From positions 1-64,000 of the forward strand of contig KZ538577.1 in assembly GCA_000934665.2 (NCBI GenBank): a DNA stretch of 64,000 bases. The letters run 5' to 3'. The notes beneath the pieces are model-generated. The model made no database searches, was not told where the DNA came from, and saw only the letters and a program-made list of their open reading frames with translations. The position numbers were made by a program, and so were the translations under genes. Shown here piece after piece: positions 1 through 10,344 of this stretch. Position 1 is the stretch's first letter, and each line of letters starts with the position of its first letter. The stretch is from Catajapyx aquilonaris (lineage: Eukaryota).

Positions 1-3000
1 GAAAAATAAGGTCAGGAGTGAGTTCACAACATTTGCATGAAGGGGAACTCATGGAAAAGGGTCATAAAAACCATTTCTGACGCAGAATATGACCAGGGGT
101 CCTCCAATAAGGCAACAAGCAAAATAAACGCAAAACAGATAGGATGTTTAGATGAGTCACAGAGGCGAAGTTATTAATGGAATTGCGAGAGCGAAGGTGC
201 TCAGATGTTCTCGAGATTATGCTTCAAAGGATGGTGTACATTAGAACTGCTTGTGGACTTCTAAAAGATGTGAAAAGACGCTGTGAAAAGTAGGGTTAAA
301 AAACCTGGGGGGGGNNNGGGGGGGGGGGGGGTCCGAAACTTTCCGTCCACCCTGTATATTGTAGGCCAATCCTTTTGTGGATGCAATGACGTAATAAACA
401 CCAGGGATGGGAAGAGGGGTTGAAAATACCGAAAATGTGATGATGGCAGGGTGATCCAAAATACATGCCTGACTAGTATGGCTATTGAGTATTCTGAAGA
501 CTTTGGATTCTCTTAATTCATCAAGGCATGTGATCCTTGGCAAGGTAGTGAATTTGCATTATTATGTCGGTATAGATGAGTAGTATTATGTTTGATTGTA
601 ATTTTAAAATATTATTGTCTAGTGTCTCTTGATTGTGTGGTCATGTCCTGGTGTTCCCGTCACCTAGGATCTGCTTGCCCTGGTCATCTGCGTCAATTGT
701 GTGTCTGACGATTATCTCACCGCCTGAGAGTTTTGTTGGCACCGATTTTTCCAGCTGATCCATGGCATTGGGGATGGTCCATATCAGCCACATCCTCATG
801 TGACTTGGCATTGACCTGCAGTGGGGGAGCCCAGAAGAAAACTTTCTCTCCTGCCAAAAAAAAGTAACTGGAAGTTACTCAAAAAGTAACTCTATAATAT
901 TACAGGTACGTAGTGTACCTCGTGACATTATTTTGCCATAAACCCAACTGTAATTTTGAGTCAGATATAATATAACTTAATGTAAATGTACCTACCAGAT
1001 GACTTTCGAATCATCCTGTAGTACCATTGTTTTTGTTTGTGACTGACGGTACATTCAGGGAACACTGCAATTGGGATATAATAAGCTCCTACGCCATACA
1101 TGTAATTAGTCTTGGCTTGAAACCTGCGCGCAAAGACCAAGCTCTAGCATTGATTACGCGATATTTTGGATGGATTTCATAAGCACGTAGCGCAAAGCCC
1201 TCCCAGCATTGTGTTCTAGGGTACAATGCAGTGCTGGGCAATAGCGCATTAATGAGCCGCGTTCTAAGGCCGAATTAATGATATTCAAGTGTCTATTTCA
1301 ACAGTTACTCTATACAGTATAGGAGAATTGAGTCCGTGTTGTGACATGGCTCCAATTTACTAGCACAAAAGAAGGCAGGTTAATGGTGTCGCAACTTCTA
1401 ATGCCAAAGGAGGCATATAACTCGAGTAATAGGATAGGTGTTACTTAGCCTTTTCTTTTTTTCTAATGGCTAGGAGCAAAATATCAAGGGCGGGAGATGG
1501 ACTTCCGTTTGTTTACTGCCAACCCAAAGTGGGATTGGAGAGCTCTTGCTTCTTTTATTTGGACTTAGGGACGAAGGAAATGGGGGATTCGGGTTACATT
1601 GGTGATGGACAAACTCGGGGGATCCATTTATGATATTCTTATGGAACTAGAAGGGGGCGGGCGTCCAGATGTATTGTCCAAACACAGCCGGACTTCCGTG
1701 TCATTAGGATTGTGACTGGACACTAGGACTCAACGGGATCAGTTGGTAAATACCCTGCAATTTTGGTTTAAAATTTGGAAGAAATTGACCGCATCGTCAT
1801 TTATTCGTTTGTTGACTTGGCATAATTGAAACCAAATACAGCCGTAGGTAAAAGGTTAATCCTGGGGGTGGGGGGATCCGTGCAGTACTAATCTGGGTGT
1901 GCCGTAACCAGCCGAGAGAATAATCTCGACTGCGACGTACGCTCAGGAATGTTTGGTTTCAATTTGTGCGACGCCTTGTCAAGGTGTGTCCCAGCCAGTC
2001 CGGAATATTGAGCATTTCAAAATATGGCCATGGAATATACGGAACCTGGCTTAAAATTTTGGCATAGTTTCAGCTCTTTTTTCCGCCCATCCGTTCAAGC
2101 ATGCGCAGTAGTGTCGTACTGGTGGTGACACGAGCGGTGGTGGCAAAAGAGCCAGTCCAAGAGGTGTACCAAGGGGCGTAGTTTCAATAGTAATTGGACC
2201 TTGAGGATTAAGAAAATAGATACGAAAATTTCCGAATCGTGCTTCCAGGAGAAGAACATAAAAAAGGAGCGTTGAGGAGGAAGTGAAGGATGATAATAAT
2301 TAATTAAGAGTGCATATGAAGAAGGTCAAAAGATCCTTGGCCCCCTCTCCTGTTTCCTCCCATCAAAGTCCCGGGCATTTCCATGATCCATGTTATTATA
2401 CGCCTTCCTCTGCCTGTAATTGAGTTTCTTTGGCAGCAGTGAAACTGCACCAAAGCATCGGCTGGACCTCCTTCCATGCATGCTTCCGCTCACACATTGC
2501 GGATCAAATCATAGACCTCAACTAGACGACAGCTGTTTTCCAAAAAAGAGGTGGGCATTCACCTTTGACACAAGGCAGCTGGGCAATTGTTGCTCCGATG
2601 GCGTGGCAAATCCTGGGATTGGTCAAAAAATTGACGGCTTTTCTGTTGTATTGCCAACAAGAAAATGCCAAGTGGGGCATGCCTAGAGGTGGTGTAGTTT
2701 TAGGTTTGCTCCGTGCACAGGGCCCATGGCAGTTGACTTGCGATTAAGTAAACTTGGGAGTGTGCAGCCATGTGTTGCCTTATTGCTTGCTTTCTGCGCG
2801 CCAATGCGTTTCCTACATGTTAGTTACTAGGCTAAGTCATGAATCTTGCAGTCAAGTATCGCAAACACTTTCGTCATCTCCAACCAGGAAAAAGGATGTT
2901 AGTTGCTGAACTCAGTCTGGATCAAACAAGTCAAATGCCATACTAAGACAGTTGTATTAATAAAAATGAAGAGAATAACTATTTGGATTCATTACATATT

Positions 3001-3009
3001 ATGGATGAG

Positions 3010-3419
3010 CCTTTTGACTTCTTCATTTGACTTTTTTTTTGCGTGTGGTGATAGGATTATAGGGACGTGTCATATTGGAGTGGTCGTTTGATTCTCCTCT
3101 CCCGGTAATTTGGGGGCACACCTTTGTTGGAGTCCCATCACACGCATCATTCAGAACGTGCTGCATCGCTTTCAGACGTGCCTGTCGGAACAGGGCTCGG
3201 TCACCTGCAGGGCATGATGTGATGTCACCTTGTTGGTCATGAAACAAGGTATGTAGCCATTCAATTTCATCCCATTTTGTCAATCCATCTACGGCCGACC
3301 ACCGTACATGTGGATTACATCTTAAATGGATCAGTGTGTAGTACAAGCTTACTCAGATCCCCTTAGTTTTTGCTGGGTTGCTAGGGAATCTAAGCCGAGG
3401 TACCTTTTGCACCACCCTG
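3010..3419 (+). mobile_element. Decayed Tc1/mariner-type transposon 3' remnant
   Basis: Frameshifted peptides LTSSFDFF and TRIIQNVLHRFQTCLSEQG/GHLQGMM* resemble mariner-family transposase C-termini, followed by a terminus ...CACCACCCTG|TA at 3419. Confidence 0.4.
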
Positions 3420-3591
3420 TATAATTTAAATGATGAGGAGGGAAATTGGGTGCATCAATGAGTTATACTCTGTATATTAATATTCGCACATCTATTATAC
3501 TTTTCATTGGGCATCTACATTCACACCTTGAACCATTTACGCCATATTACACTTTGTGCTATACTTTCGTAAGTTACTGCAGGCGTACAAC

Positions 3592-3597
3592 TTTATT
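3592..3597 (-). promoter_or_regulatory. Candidate polyadenylation signal of the JHAMT-like gene
   Basis: AATAAA on the minus strand about 60 nt after the stop codon. Confidence 0.5.
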
Positions 3598-3657
3598 CAA
3601 AATAGGGCTATTTTAAACTGCTAGTCTGCATGACAGTATGCTGTTGAATAGTGTCCG

Positions 3658-3863
3658 TTACTCCGTGTCAAATTTCTTCAAGTGGTCACCATCTGAAAGT
3701 GGCTTTCGTACATGTGCCACCATCAGACGGTAGCGAACCACCGCCCTGTCGTCCGACTTGGTCAGCTTCATATTGTTGAGCTCCTTGCGACAATCGCTCA
3801 TGTATTTCTCTCTCAAATCGGGCGGAAGACGTGGCAGGAAAGGATTGACTGACCATAGCGCAT
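3658..3863 (-). CDS. JHAMT: JHAMT-like coding exon 4 (ALWSVNPFLPRLP...VRKPLSDGDHLKKFDTE*); not in the ORF track
   Basis: Acceptor atttttccag| after a 73-nt intron; 206 nt ending in TAA at 3660-3658; VNPF and Y.L.V...RK motifs. Confidence 0.88.
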
Positions 3864-5793
3864 CTGGAAAAATAGAACTAGTGTTAGGTTGAATCCTAAA
3901 GTGCGATTGTTAGAAGCTACCGGCCAAGTCTTGTACTTTTCAAGGAGTTGAGGTTTTCAAAAATGAAGGTGTGTTCCGGAGCGTTGCATTCGCTGATGTA
4001 GAAGCCTACTTCCCGGAGGATGTTGGCGAATTCTGAAGCTGGATCGATGGAGTGCTGATACGGGGATATGAACTTCTTCATATCCTGCGGAGGGATTTGC
4101 GGCCAGGAGGATATTATAGCAGCTATGGGAAATGCACAAGCTTGGGACATTGGAATATTCACGACCTTAGTGTCGCTCAAGAAATGAATCTTAAGTTTGA
4201 ATACAACAAAATTGCCATATTAAAAACATCGTATGTAATGCTCTGAATGAATCTGGGATGCCTGTTATGTGACTCATATTATATTTGTCCAAATTAAGCA
4301 ATCCTAGGAATGGACAGCAAGGATAACTGTCGCTATTGCCACAGCTACTTGTCCAGTAACAGGCTTCTTCGCGATATATGATAAATGCAGCCGTAAACAG
4401 CGTGTTTCAGTGATTTCGACAATGGTCTACGATTTAACTCTTGTTCACTAGAGAATCATTTTATCTAGATGCACTTTTAATTTAAAACACAGTAGAGGAG
4501 CTCATGGGTGTAATAGTCCGCCAATATGAGATACTGTATAGTATGTTGAAGTCTGTGAGGCAATTATATAGTAACGAGGCTAGTCTGAGAGAGCTGGAGG
4601 GAGGGACAAACTCTAATTTTGATATAAAATTATTCCTTGGTGTCCAGGAATTTACAATTGACCGTTTTCGGAATCGTAACAAAACACTCTGTACACCGCT
4701 TACCTGCACAATAAGGATGAGTATCTTACCTTCATGTAAGTCTTGTACTCCGTTATGTCGGTCATTCTCTCGTACATTGTAAAAATTGGGTGGCTGGCCA
4801 AGAAGACCAGAAGGGCTTCACCGTTGGGTTTCAGCACATGGAACAAATTTTTCAAGGCAGTCCTGGAAAGTAAATAGCAAATTTCAATTAATATGCAATA
4901 TTAAAGATGCTCTATACAGGTGTTCCAAGTGTTTGGGTCACTTCTTGATAACTGATATTGCCTGATAGCAGTTATTTTTTGTAGGTTGTTGGGCACCTAA
5001 CCATGTGCCCCATTCTATCACTACTACTATATTCGACCACAGGCACAACAGGCTACAAAAAATAACTGCTATCAGGCGATATCAGTTATCAAGAATACCA
5101 AATACTTGGAACACCCTGTATATTTTGAAAAAGAAAAGAAGTTTCGACCAGACGTACGTCATTATGGTAGGCCTACTATCAATCATTACAAGCATAGTGG
5201 TATTTTTTTTCACAGACTTCACCTTGGGCGAATGCCGATGGTTATACAACCACCAGAACTCGCACATGGCACGTCTGGCCGAAATATTTTCAAGAGCTAG
5301 TACATGCCACCAAAATAGTCTGTTGTGTGAAGAATTTTTAAAATTAATTCTAATTCTATCATACTCCTGTCTAACTTGAAAAGATAGAACAACAACAAAT
5401 AAACTTGTAAATGGCCTTTAGGTTATAATACCTGTGATCCTGCACCCAATGGAGGCAATAGAAGGAGAAGACTTTGTCGACTCCGTACGGAAAGAGGCGG
5501 TTGAGTTCATCCGCGGCCAGTATGTCCGTCTGAGCGAACTGCAGGCGTTCGTCGGAATATTTTTTTTGCGCGAATTCCACCATCTCCTTGGAGATGTCCA
5601 GTCCTTTGAGGCGAGCGCTGTCCGGCATCAGGGGCAGCAGCAGACTCTTGGTCACATCTCCGCTTCCGCATCCGAGGTCCAAAATCAATTCATTTTCTGA
5701 CCACTGCATAAGTTGTACGAACTTTGGCAGAACCATATTCACGTCTCGCTTCTGCAACTCATTCGACTTGACGTACAGGTTAGGGTTATCCAT
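3658..5793 (-). CDS. JHAMT: Juvenile hormone acid O-methyltransferase-like SAM-dependent methyltransferase; join(5793-5432,4862-4730,4084-3937,3863-3658), 849 nt, 282 aa
   Basis: Four exons joined at GT-AG sites with matching phases (2,0,1) give an uninterrupted ORF: MDNPNLYVKSNELQKRD...ILDLGCGSGDVT...GLDISKEMVEFA...DKVFSFYCLHWVQDHRTALKNLFHVLKPNGEALLVFLASHPIF...DMKKFISPYQHS...NALWSVNPFLPRLP...YRLMVAHVRKP...DTE*. It has SAM motif I (DLGCGSG), N-terminal Y..xN.LQ.RD, and the SFYCLHW, SPY and VNPF motifs typical of arthropod JHAMTs. Confidence 0.9.
3937..4084 (-). CDS. JHAMT: JHAMT-like coding exon 3 (DMKKFISPYQHSIDPASEF...ENLNSLK)
   Basis: Acceptor cctccgcag|, donor A|gtacaa; 148 nt; conserved FISPY motif. 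Confidence 0.88.
4730..4862 (-). CDS. JHAMT: JHAMT-like coding exon 2 (TALKNLFHVLKPNGEALLVFLASHPIFTMYERMTDITEYKTYMK); not in the ORF track
   Basis: Acceptor tactttccag|, donor AAG|gtaaga; 133 nt; contains the LKPxG motif of class I methyltransferases. Confidence 0.9.
4917..5118. mobile_element. Tc1/mariner-type MITE (family M1) in JHAMT intron
   Basis: TA|CAGGTGTTCCAAGT...ACTTGGAACACCCTG|TA, ~75-bp inverted arms; homologous to 23394-23625. Confidence 0.85.
5432..5793 (-). CDS. JHAMT: JHAMT-like coding exon 1 (MDNPNL...HWVQDH)
   Basis: ATG at 5793, 10 nt after the acceptor tttttgcag (exon starts 5803); donor AG|gtatta at 5431; 362 nt, phase 2. Confidence 0.9.
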
Positions 5794-6099
5794 TGGTGTA
5801 TAACTGCAAAAAGGCAAATTAATTACATACCTGGGGCAAAAGTGCAAATTAATGAACCAACCTGATTGACGCCAACCTTTTCGATGTGTCTTGAGCCACT
5901 GTCCCATGTTGGGCACCAGTCGAGGTCTTATATACACAATGCATATGCAGTGGCGTTTGATGGAGGAAGCGATTGACCACATCCTTGAAGGAGGTCGGGT
6001 GATCCTGCACAGCAGATAGGCGCAATTAGCATAAAAAATAGCGTATAACAATGAAAGTGGTGTCGAAAGCGATCCGAAAATGAAAGCGACCAGAAATAC

Positions 6100-6255
6100 C
6101 TGCGGATAGTGAAGAAATGATGGAGACATGCGTCGCTATGTAGGTGACGCCATTGTCCAGAGACAATTTTTAGCCAGACACCATTCATATATGGGGGCTA
6201 TATTCTCCCAACTCTTCGGGGGGTCATCTCCTGGTCATCTTGCCGACTCGAATGA
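6100..6255 (-). promoter_or_regulatory. Candidate first (5'UTR) exon and core promoter of the JHAMT-like gene
   Basis: The ATG exon starts at a splice acceptor, so an upstream exon is expected. Inr-like TCATTC at 6255-6250 and donor CAG|GTATTT at 6099. Confidence 0.3.
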
Positions 6256-7094
6256 CGCACATGTCTTAACTCAGAAAACGTGAGGCAAGTGCGCGCTTGA
6301 CATTACACCAATCTGAATTCACTCCCGCATATCATATAGTAACATCTTGAGAATCGAATAATTAGGCGTTGTGTAATAAAGTCTTTGACGCGTAATTTTT
6401 GATGGTTGTCAGTTTATTGCAAGATCAACAATAGTAAATTTTCAGGTGTAATTTGTAGATCACATTTCAGTGTGACTCAGATATTAACTGCGTGATAATA
6501 TTTATAACGGTTCAAATTGAAACTTGTTGCACAGTGTCAGTGACATTATATAGACTGGTATTCGATTAATAAAAATGAGCTAAATTGCACAAGCTTGATT
6601 GTGTGGGACATAAAGGAGCGACCATAAAACCTAATTTTGAGTGCGAGCAACCTTGTATAAAGTCCTTTGATAAAGATTCCCTCCCTCCCTTTCCAACCTC
6701 CCCGCTGCTCCTCTCCCCATTCAGTATGGGAAGCCTTAGGTGCACTTTCCACATGCATCCAAAGCCTGGTGATTTATGTCCCTTCCCTGCTTTATCTGTT
6801 CGGAAGAGTAAGCTTGCCTCAGCATCCCGCATGCACTATATTAAAACCCATCTGAAATTGAGACGCTGTCCACTATGTCATCATGGGGGACGCTAATTAC
6901 CAGGCTCCGGGAATCGAGATGAAACGGAGAAGAATTTATACAAGGATGGGGACCACATAAGTGAGAGGGAAAGCACCAGCTTATTTTTGGAACTGGACTG
7001 ATCTTGTCGAAACAACTTTCTTCTGACCTTCGCTCTACTTGGGACGCTTATATGGGACACATTCTTACGGATGTCTAAATTTATCGCCATTTGC

Positions 7095-7098
<4 letters not shown>

Positions 7099-7160
<62 letters not shown>

Positions 7161-7428
7161 TCATACCTCGTTATCAGCCGGCGGCTCTTTAGGGGGTTTT
7201 GACTCGAACTCTTTGCTTTCATTTTTACTGTGCTTTTTGGAATAGGATAGGGACGGAAGGAAGCGGCTTGGCCTATTATTTAGGAAGCAATCCCGGAATT
7301 CTCCTGGGGGAGGGGGACCGTGGGAAGCCACAGAAAATCACGGTTATGATTGCCGACCCCGGGACTCGAACCCAGGACCTCCCGATTAGCAGTCGAACAC
7401 CTTATCCACTCCACCAAACTGCTTCGGT
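7099..7428 (-). mobile_element. tRNA-derived SINE (head A, (ATT)n tail)
   Basis: Reverse complement of ACCGAAGCAG... with A box, CTGCTAA loop and B box GGTTCGAGTCC; (ATT)n tail; TSD cgc(c/t)atttgcaata at 7085-7098 and 7429-7442. Confidence 0.9.
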
Positions 7429-7532
7429 CGCTATTTGCAATATATTACATATTATAATTAACTGGGATATGCCTGATTTTTTTGTTATCATTTTTAAATA
7501 CCGTATTTTTCTTTTTACGAGTAAATTGTGGT

Positions 7533-7685
7533 GCCCATCACTATAGGGCAGTGGCGTATGGTTGTGGACTGGTTGGGGATGTCTCTTTTGTAGAGAGTCG
7601 TGAGACGGCCTAGCGTTATTGGACCACGACCATGACCTTGTGGGGTCAGGAGGGATGACCTGAGGTCACTCCTCGAAAAATGAAT
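7533..7685 (+). repeat. Dispersed repeat family R (copy 1)
   Basis: Shares agggcagtggcgt...gtcgtgagacggcct...tattggaccacgac...tgaccttg.gg.gtcagga...tgacctgagg with 36891-37070 and 34985-35060. Confidence 0.7.
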
Positions 7686-8285
7686 ACATAATGACTGTAC
7701 GAGTGTCCTATATGTAGGACATCAGGTGTATATTGAAGTAAAATGTCTGATGCGGTGTCTGAGCATAGTTGTTTATTTGTGCCCTTTTCGGGTGGTGCAG
7801 GGTGGGTCCTATAGGCCGACTATAGCCTGTGGCAAAAGGCAGAGGCAGAGACTATCGATCCCGAAGCAACCGAGTCGTCGTCTTGTGAGCACTGCAGCAG
7901 CTCCTCCTATTCCCCCGTTGGCCTTTAGAGTCCCATTCGCAGGGGCCTTCTGATTTCACATTCGCGGAAAGGAAAAGGTTCCTACTGAGCATGCCGAGTC
8001 AGGAAATGCTCTCTCATTGGACTCCCAGAATTCGGCACAAAAAAACATACAAACCTGAACCCACTCCCCGATTCGTTTCGCCGAATGCGAGCCTTTTTCT
8101 CCGAATGGATTTCTCTGTTTGGTGGGCGCTTGGGACCGGGTGGGGGAAGGAGGAGAATCGGGTGGGAGAAGGAGGAGAATCGGGTGGGAAAAATGCCAGG
8201 ATCAAAATTGTTGGGATTTGAACTATTTTTAGTTTTAAATTTTTGAATTGGTTGAGGAGGGAATTTTTGAAAGTAGATACTTGTC

Positions 8286-8349
8286 AGATGCAATTGCGAA
8301 ATGAGTAAGGTAGCAGATTTGCTACCTTACTCATTTCGCCACTGCATCT
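8286..8349. repeat. 64-bp near-perfect palindrome (possible minimal TTAA-type MITE)
   Basis: AGATGCAATTGCGAAATGAGTAAGGTAGCA / TGCTACCTTACTCATTTCGCCACTGCATCT, followed by TTAA on the right side only. Confidence 0.75.
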
Positions 8350-9989
8350 TTAATATTAAGAGTACTGTAATATGATTTTGTGATGGAAAAATATGTGAGT
8401 GAATATTTGGCTGGTTTCAGGCGTCTCCATACTGCTGATGTGTTTTTGTTTTTAGAAGAGTGAGAAAAAAAAGCGTCTTTTTCGTCGCTTGCACATCTCG
8501 CCTGCGCCATTTGAAGCTCCGGCCTTTACGGCCCCATGCAGGTATCGATTTCTTAGCTTGGCAATAAAATACTGAAAAAAAAGGAAGAGCGAAGTGGGAG
8601 GAAGGGCGTTATTTATGCGGTGGTAGAAGGAAAGCGCGGAGATGAAATGAGATTAGCTGTGCCTTTCAACTATCATTAGGCTTTTTAGGACGTCGCGAAT
8701 CATTGGCTCCGAGCTATGATCTGAACATGCCGGAAAAGGAAACCTCCATCCTTTTATGAGGACCTATAACCCGGATGTACATTAAGTGTAGCTAGCACAA
8801 TGTCGTAGGGCTCCAAGATGACGACTCCATTTTGTATGGTTACTGTAAGAGCACTATCAGGTGGTAGCACTGCGGATGCAGTAGTGCGGCTTGTCACGTT
8901 GCAGCAGATTCGTTTCTTTCTAGTTGGCACTTCAGAAGGTGACACTTGCTTAATACGGTATTCAGTAACTGCACTATTTTTGCCTATTTGGTAAATGTCT
9001 CGAGGGGCTCCCATCATCTTGAAGCAAATTTTGTACTGCATGGGTCCGTAATTGTTCCTGTCAAAGGACACCCCAAACGGAGAGATGTAAAATTTTGTGA
9101 CAAAATTCTCGTTTTCATTTCATCAAACTGTGTTGGGCCTACAAACAGATCTTGCAGGTTTGAACTAAAATCCAGATTTTTTTTTCTTATTTGATGTCTG
9201 GAAGCAATGTGCACTAACAATTACAACTAGGGTCCAGTTGCCAAAATTTGGCAAAAAAATAGGCAAAAAATAGGCAAAAGTGCGATAGTGTGGGGGGGGG
9301 GACGTGCACCGCGACATCCGACGGTGATGCGCAGAAGTAGGCGAGTCGGCCGCACCCAGCCGGTAACGACACCCAGCCCGTAACGGCAGAAATGGGAATT
9401 CCGTGGTCGGCCTTTTTTATCGTTTTTTGCGTTTTTTCCTTCTCTCGAGCTTTAGGAAGTTCCTCGGCACAGTTTCCAAAAAACAAAAGTGATTTGCGAA
9501 TATAGAAGACGCGGGCTAAATTTTGAAACCACTCCCAATGCTGTAGGCCGTACACAGCGGGAGGAGTTGCCCTCACAGCGAGATAGATGTTCAATGCAAA
9601 AGGACGCAAATTGAAGAAAAAATTGAGTTGTGGTTTTGAAACCAACATAATTATGCAAAGGGCTACCAGCTCTCACGATGAATATACCAATGCCTAAGAA
9701 ATAAAGTAGAAAATGAATCTTCTATGGTGATTTTAAGGCACGCCCATTACTGATGATAATAATAATAATGAACTTGTTAAAAATAATTTTTGTGGTATTT
9801 CAGGGTAATATTGTTTGTGCAATATGTAGTGTCAAATTTGCTAAGTGAGGTTGAAGGGCGTGATAGTAATGTGCGATATTTTCATGATGATCATATTTTG
9901 TCAGGTATTGTGAGACTTGTTAGCACTGTGAGATCTGACCCCACTGTCATTCAGGATCAGCCCCCACATCCTAGGAACGGTTCGTGCAA

Positions 9990-10344
9990 CCGGCCTACAT
10001 TCTGATGTTATCGCCAGCCGAGGCATTTTGCAGAGGGTGCTCAACTGAGAGCGCCATGAGACATTTCGGGGCCCAGGTAAGTGGCGACCCTACCGGACTA
10101 AGCTAAACTTTATAGGTACGAAAAGGAAGGGCTACAAGAGGGCCCAACATGGCCGCCGGGGACCATGTTGGGTCCCCCAATGTAGCCCTTCCCTTTTGTA
10201 CCTATAAAGTTCAGCCTAGTCCGGTAGGGTCGCCACTTACCTGGGCCCCGAAATGTCTCATGGCGCTCTCAGGTGAACACTTGCTGCAAAACGCCCCGGC
10301 AGGGGGTGGGTGGGAGTGACCAGACCTTACTTTCTATGACCATG
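9990..10344. mobile_element. Palindromic element family P, copy 1 (palindrome ~10013-10303 plus asymmetric flanks)
   Basis: ~140-bp inverted arms around a small central hairpin; homologous to 60450-61051, including the right flank GGGGGT.GGTGGGAGTG.CC.GACCTTACTTTCTATGACCATG. Confidence 0.85.

Noticed and set aside
200..356. Tc1-like transposase C-terminus before a CACCCTG|TA terminus
   Set aside because: Peptide resemblance is weak, the region is interrupted by Ns, and no partner TIR is visible in the window.
5794..6129. 112-aa N-terminal extension of the 252-aa ORF 5371-6129
   Set aside because: JHAMT similarity starts at MDNP, which directly follows a strong splice acceptor. The upstream frame looks like intron/UTR read-through.
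6893..7245. Poly-Leu/poly-Ile ORFs (also 49118-49435)
   Set aside because: Translations of SINE (ATT)n tails.
7820..7850. GCCTGTGGCAAAAGGCAGA resembling a motif of RTE-type retroelement 5' regions
   Set aside because: Short and degenerate, with no adjoining ORF or verifiable ribozyme fold.
9733..9745. Partial matches to conserved miRNAs (miR-124-like here, miR-184-like near 11200, miR-7-like near 39220, miR-133-like near 62731)
   Set aside because: Only 10-13 nt match before diverging, and I see no precursor hairpin.
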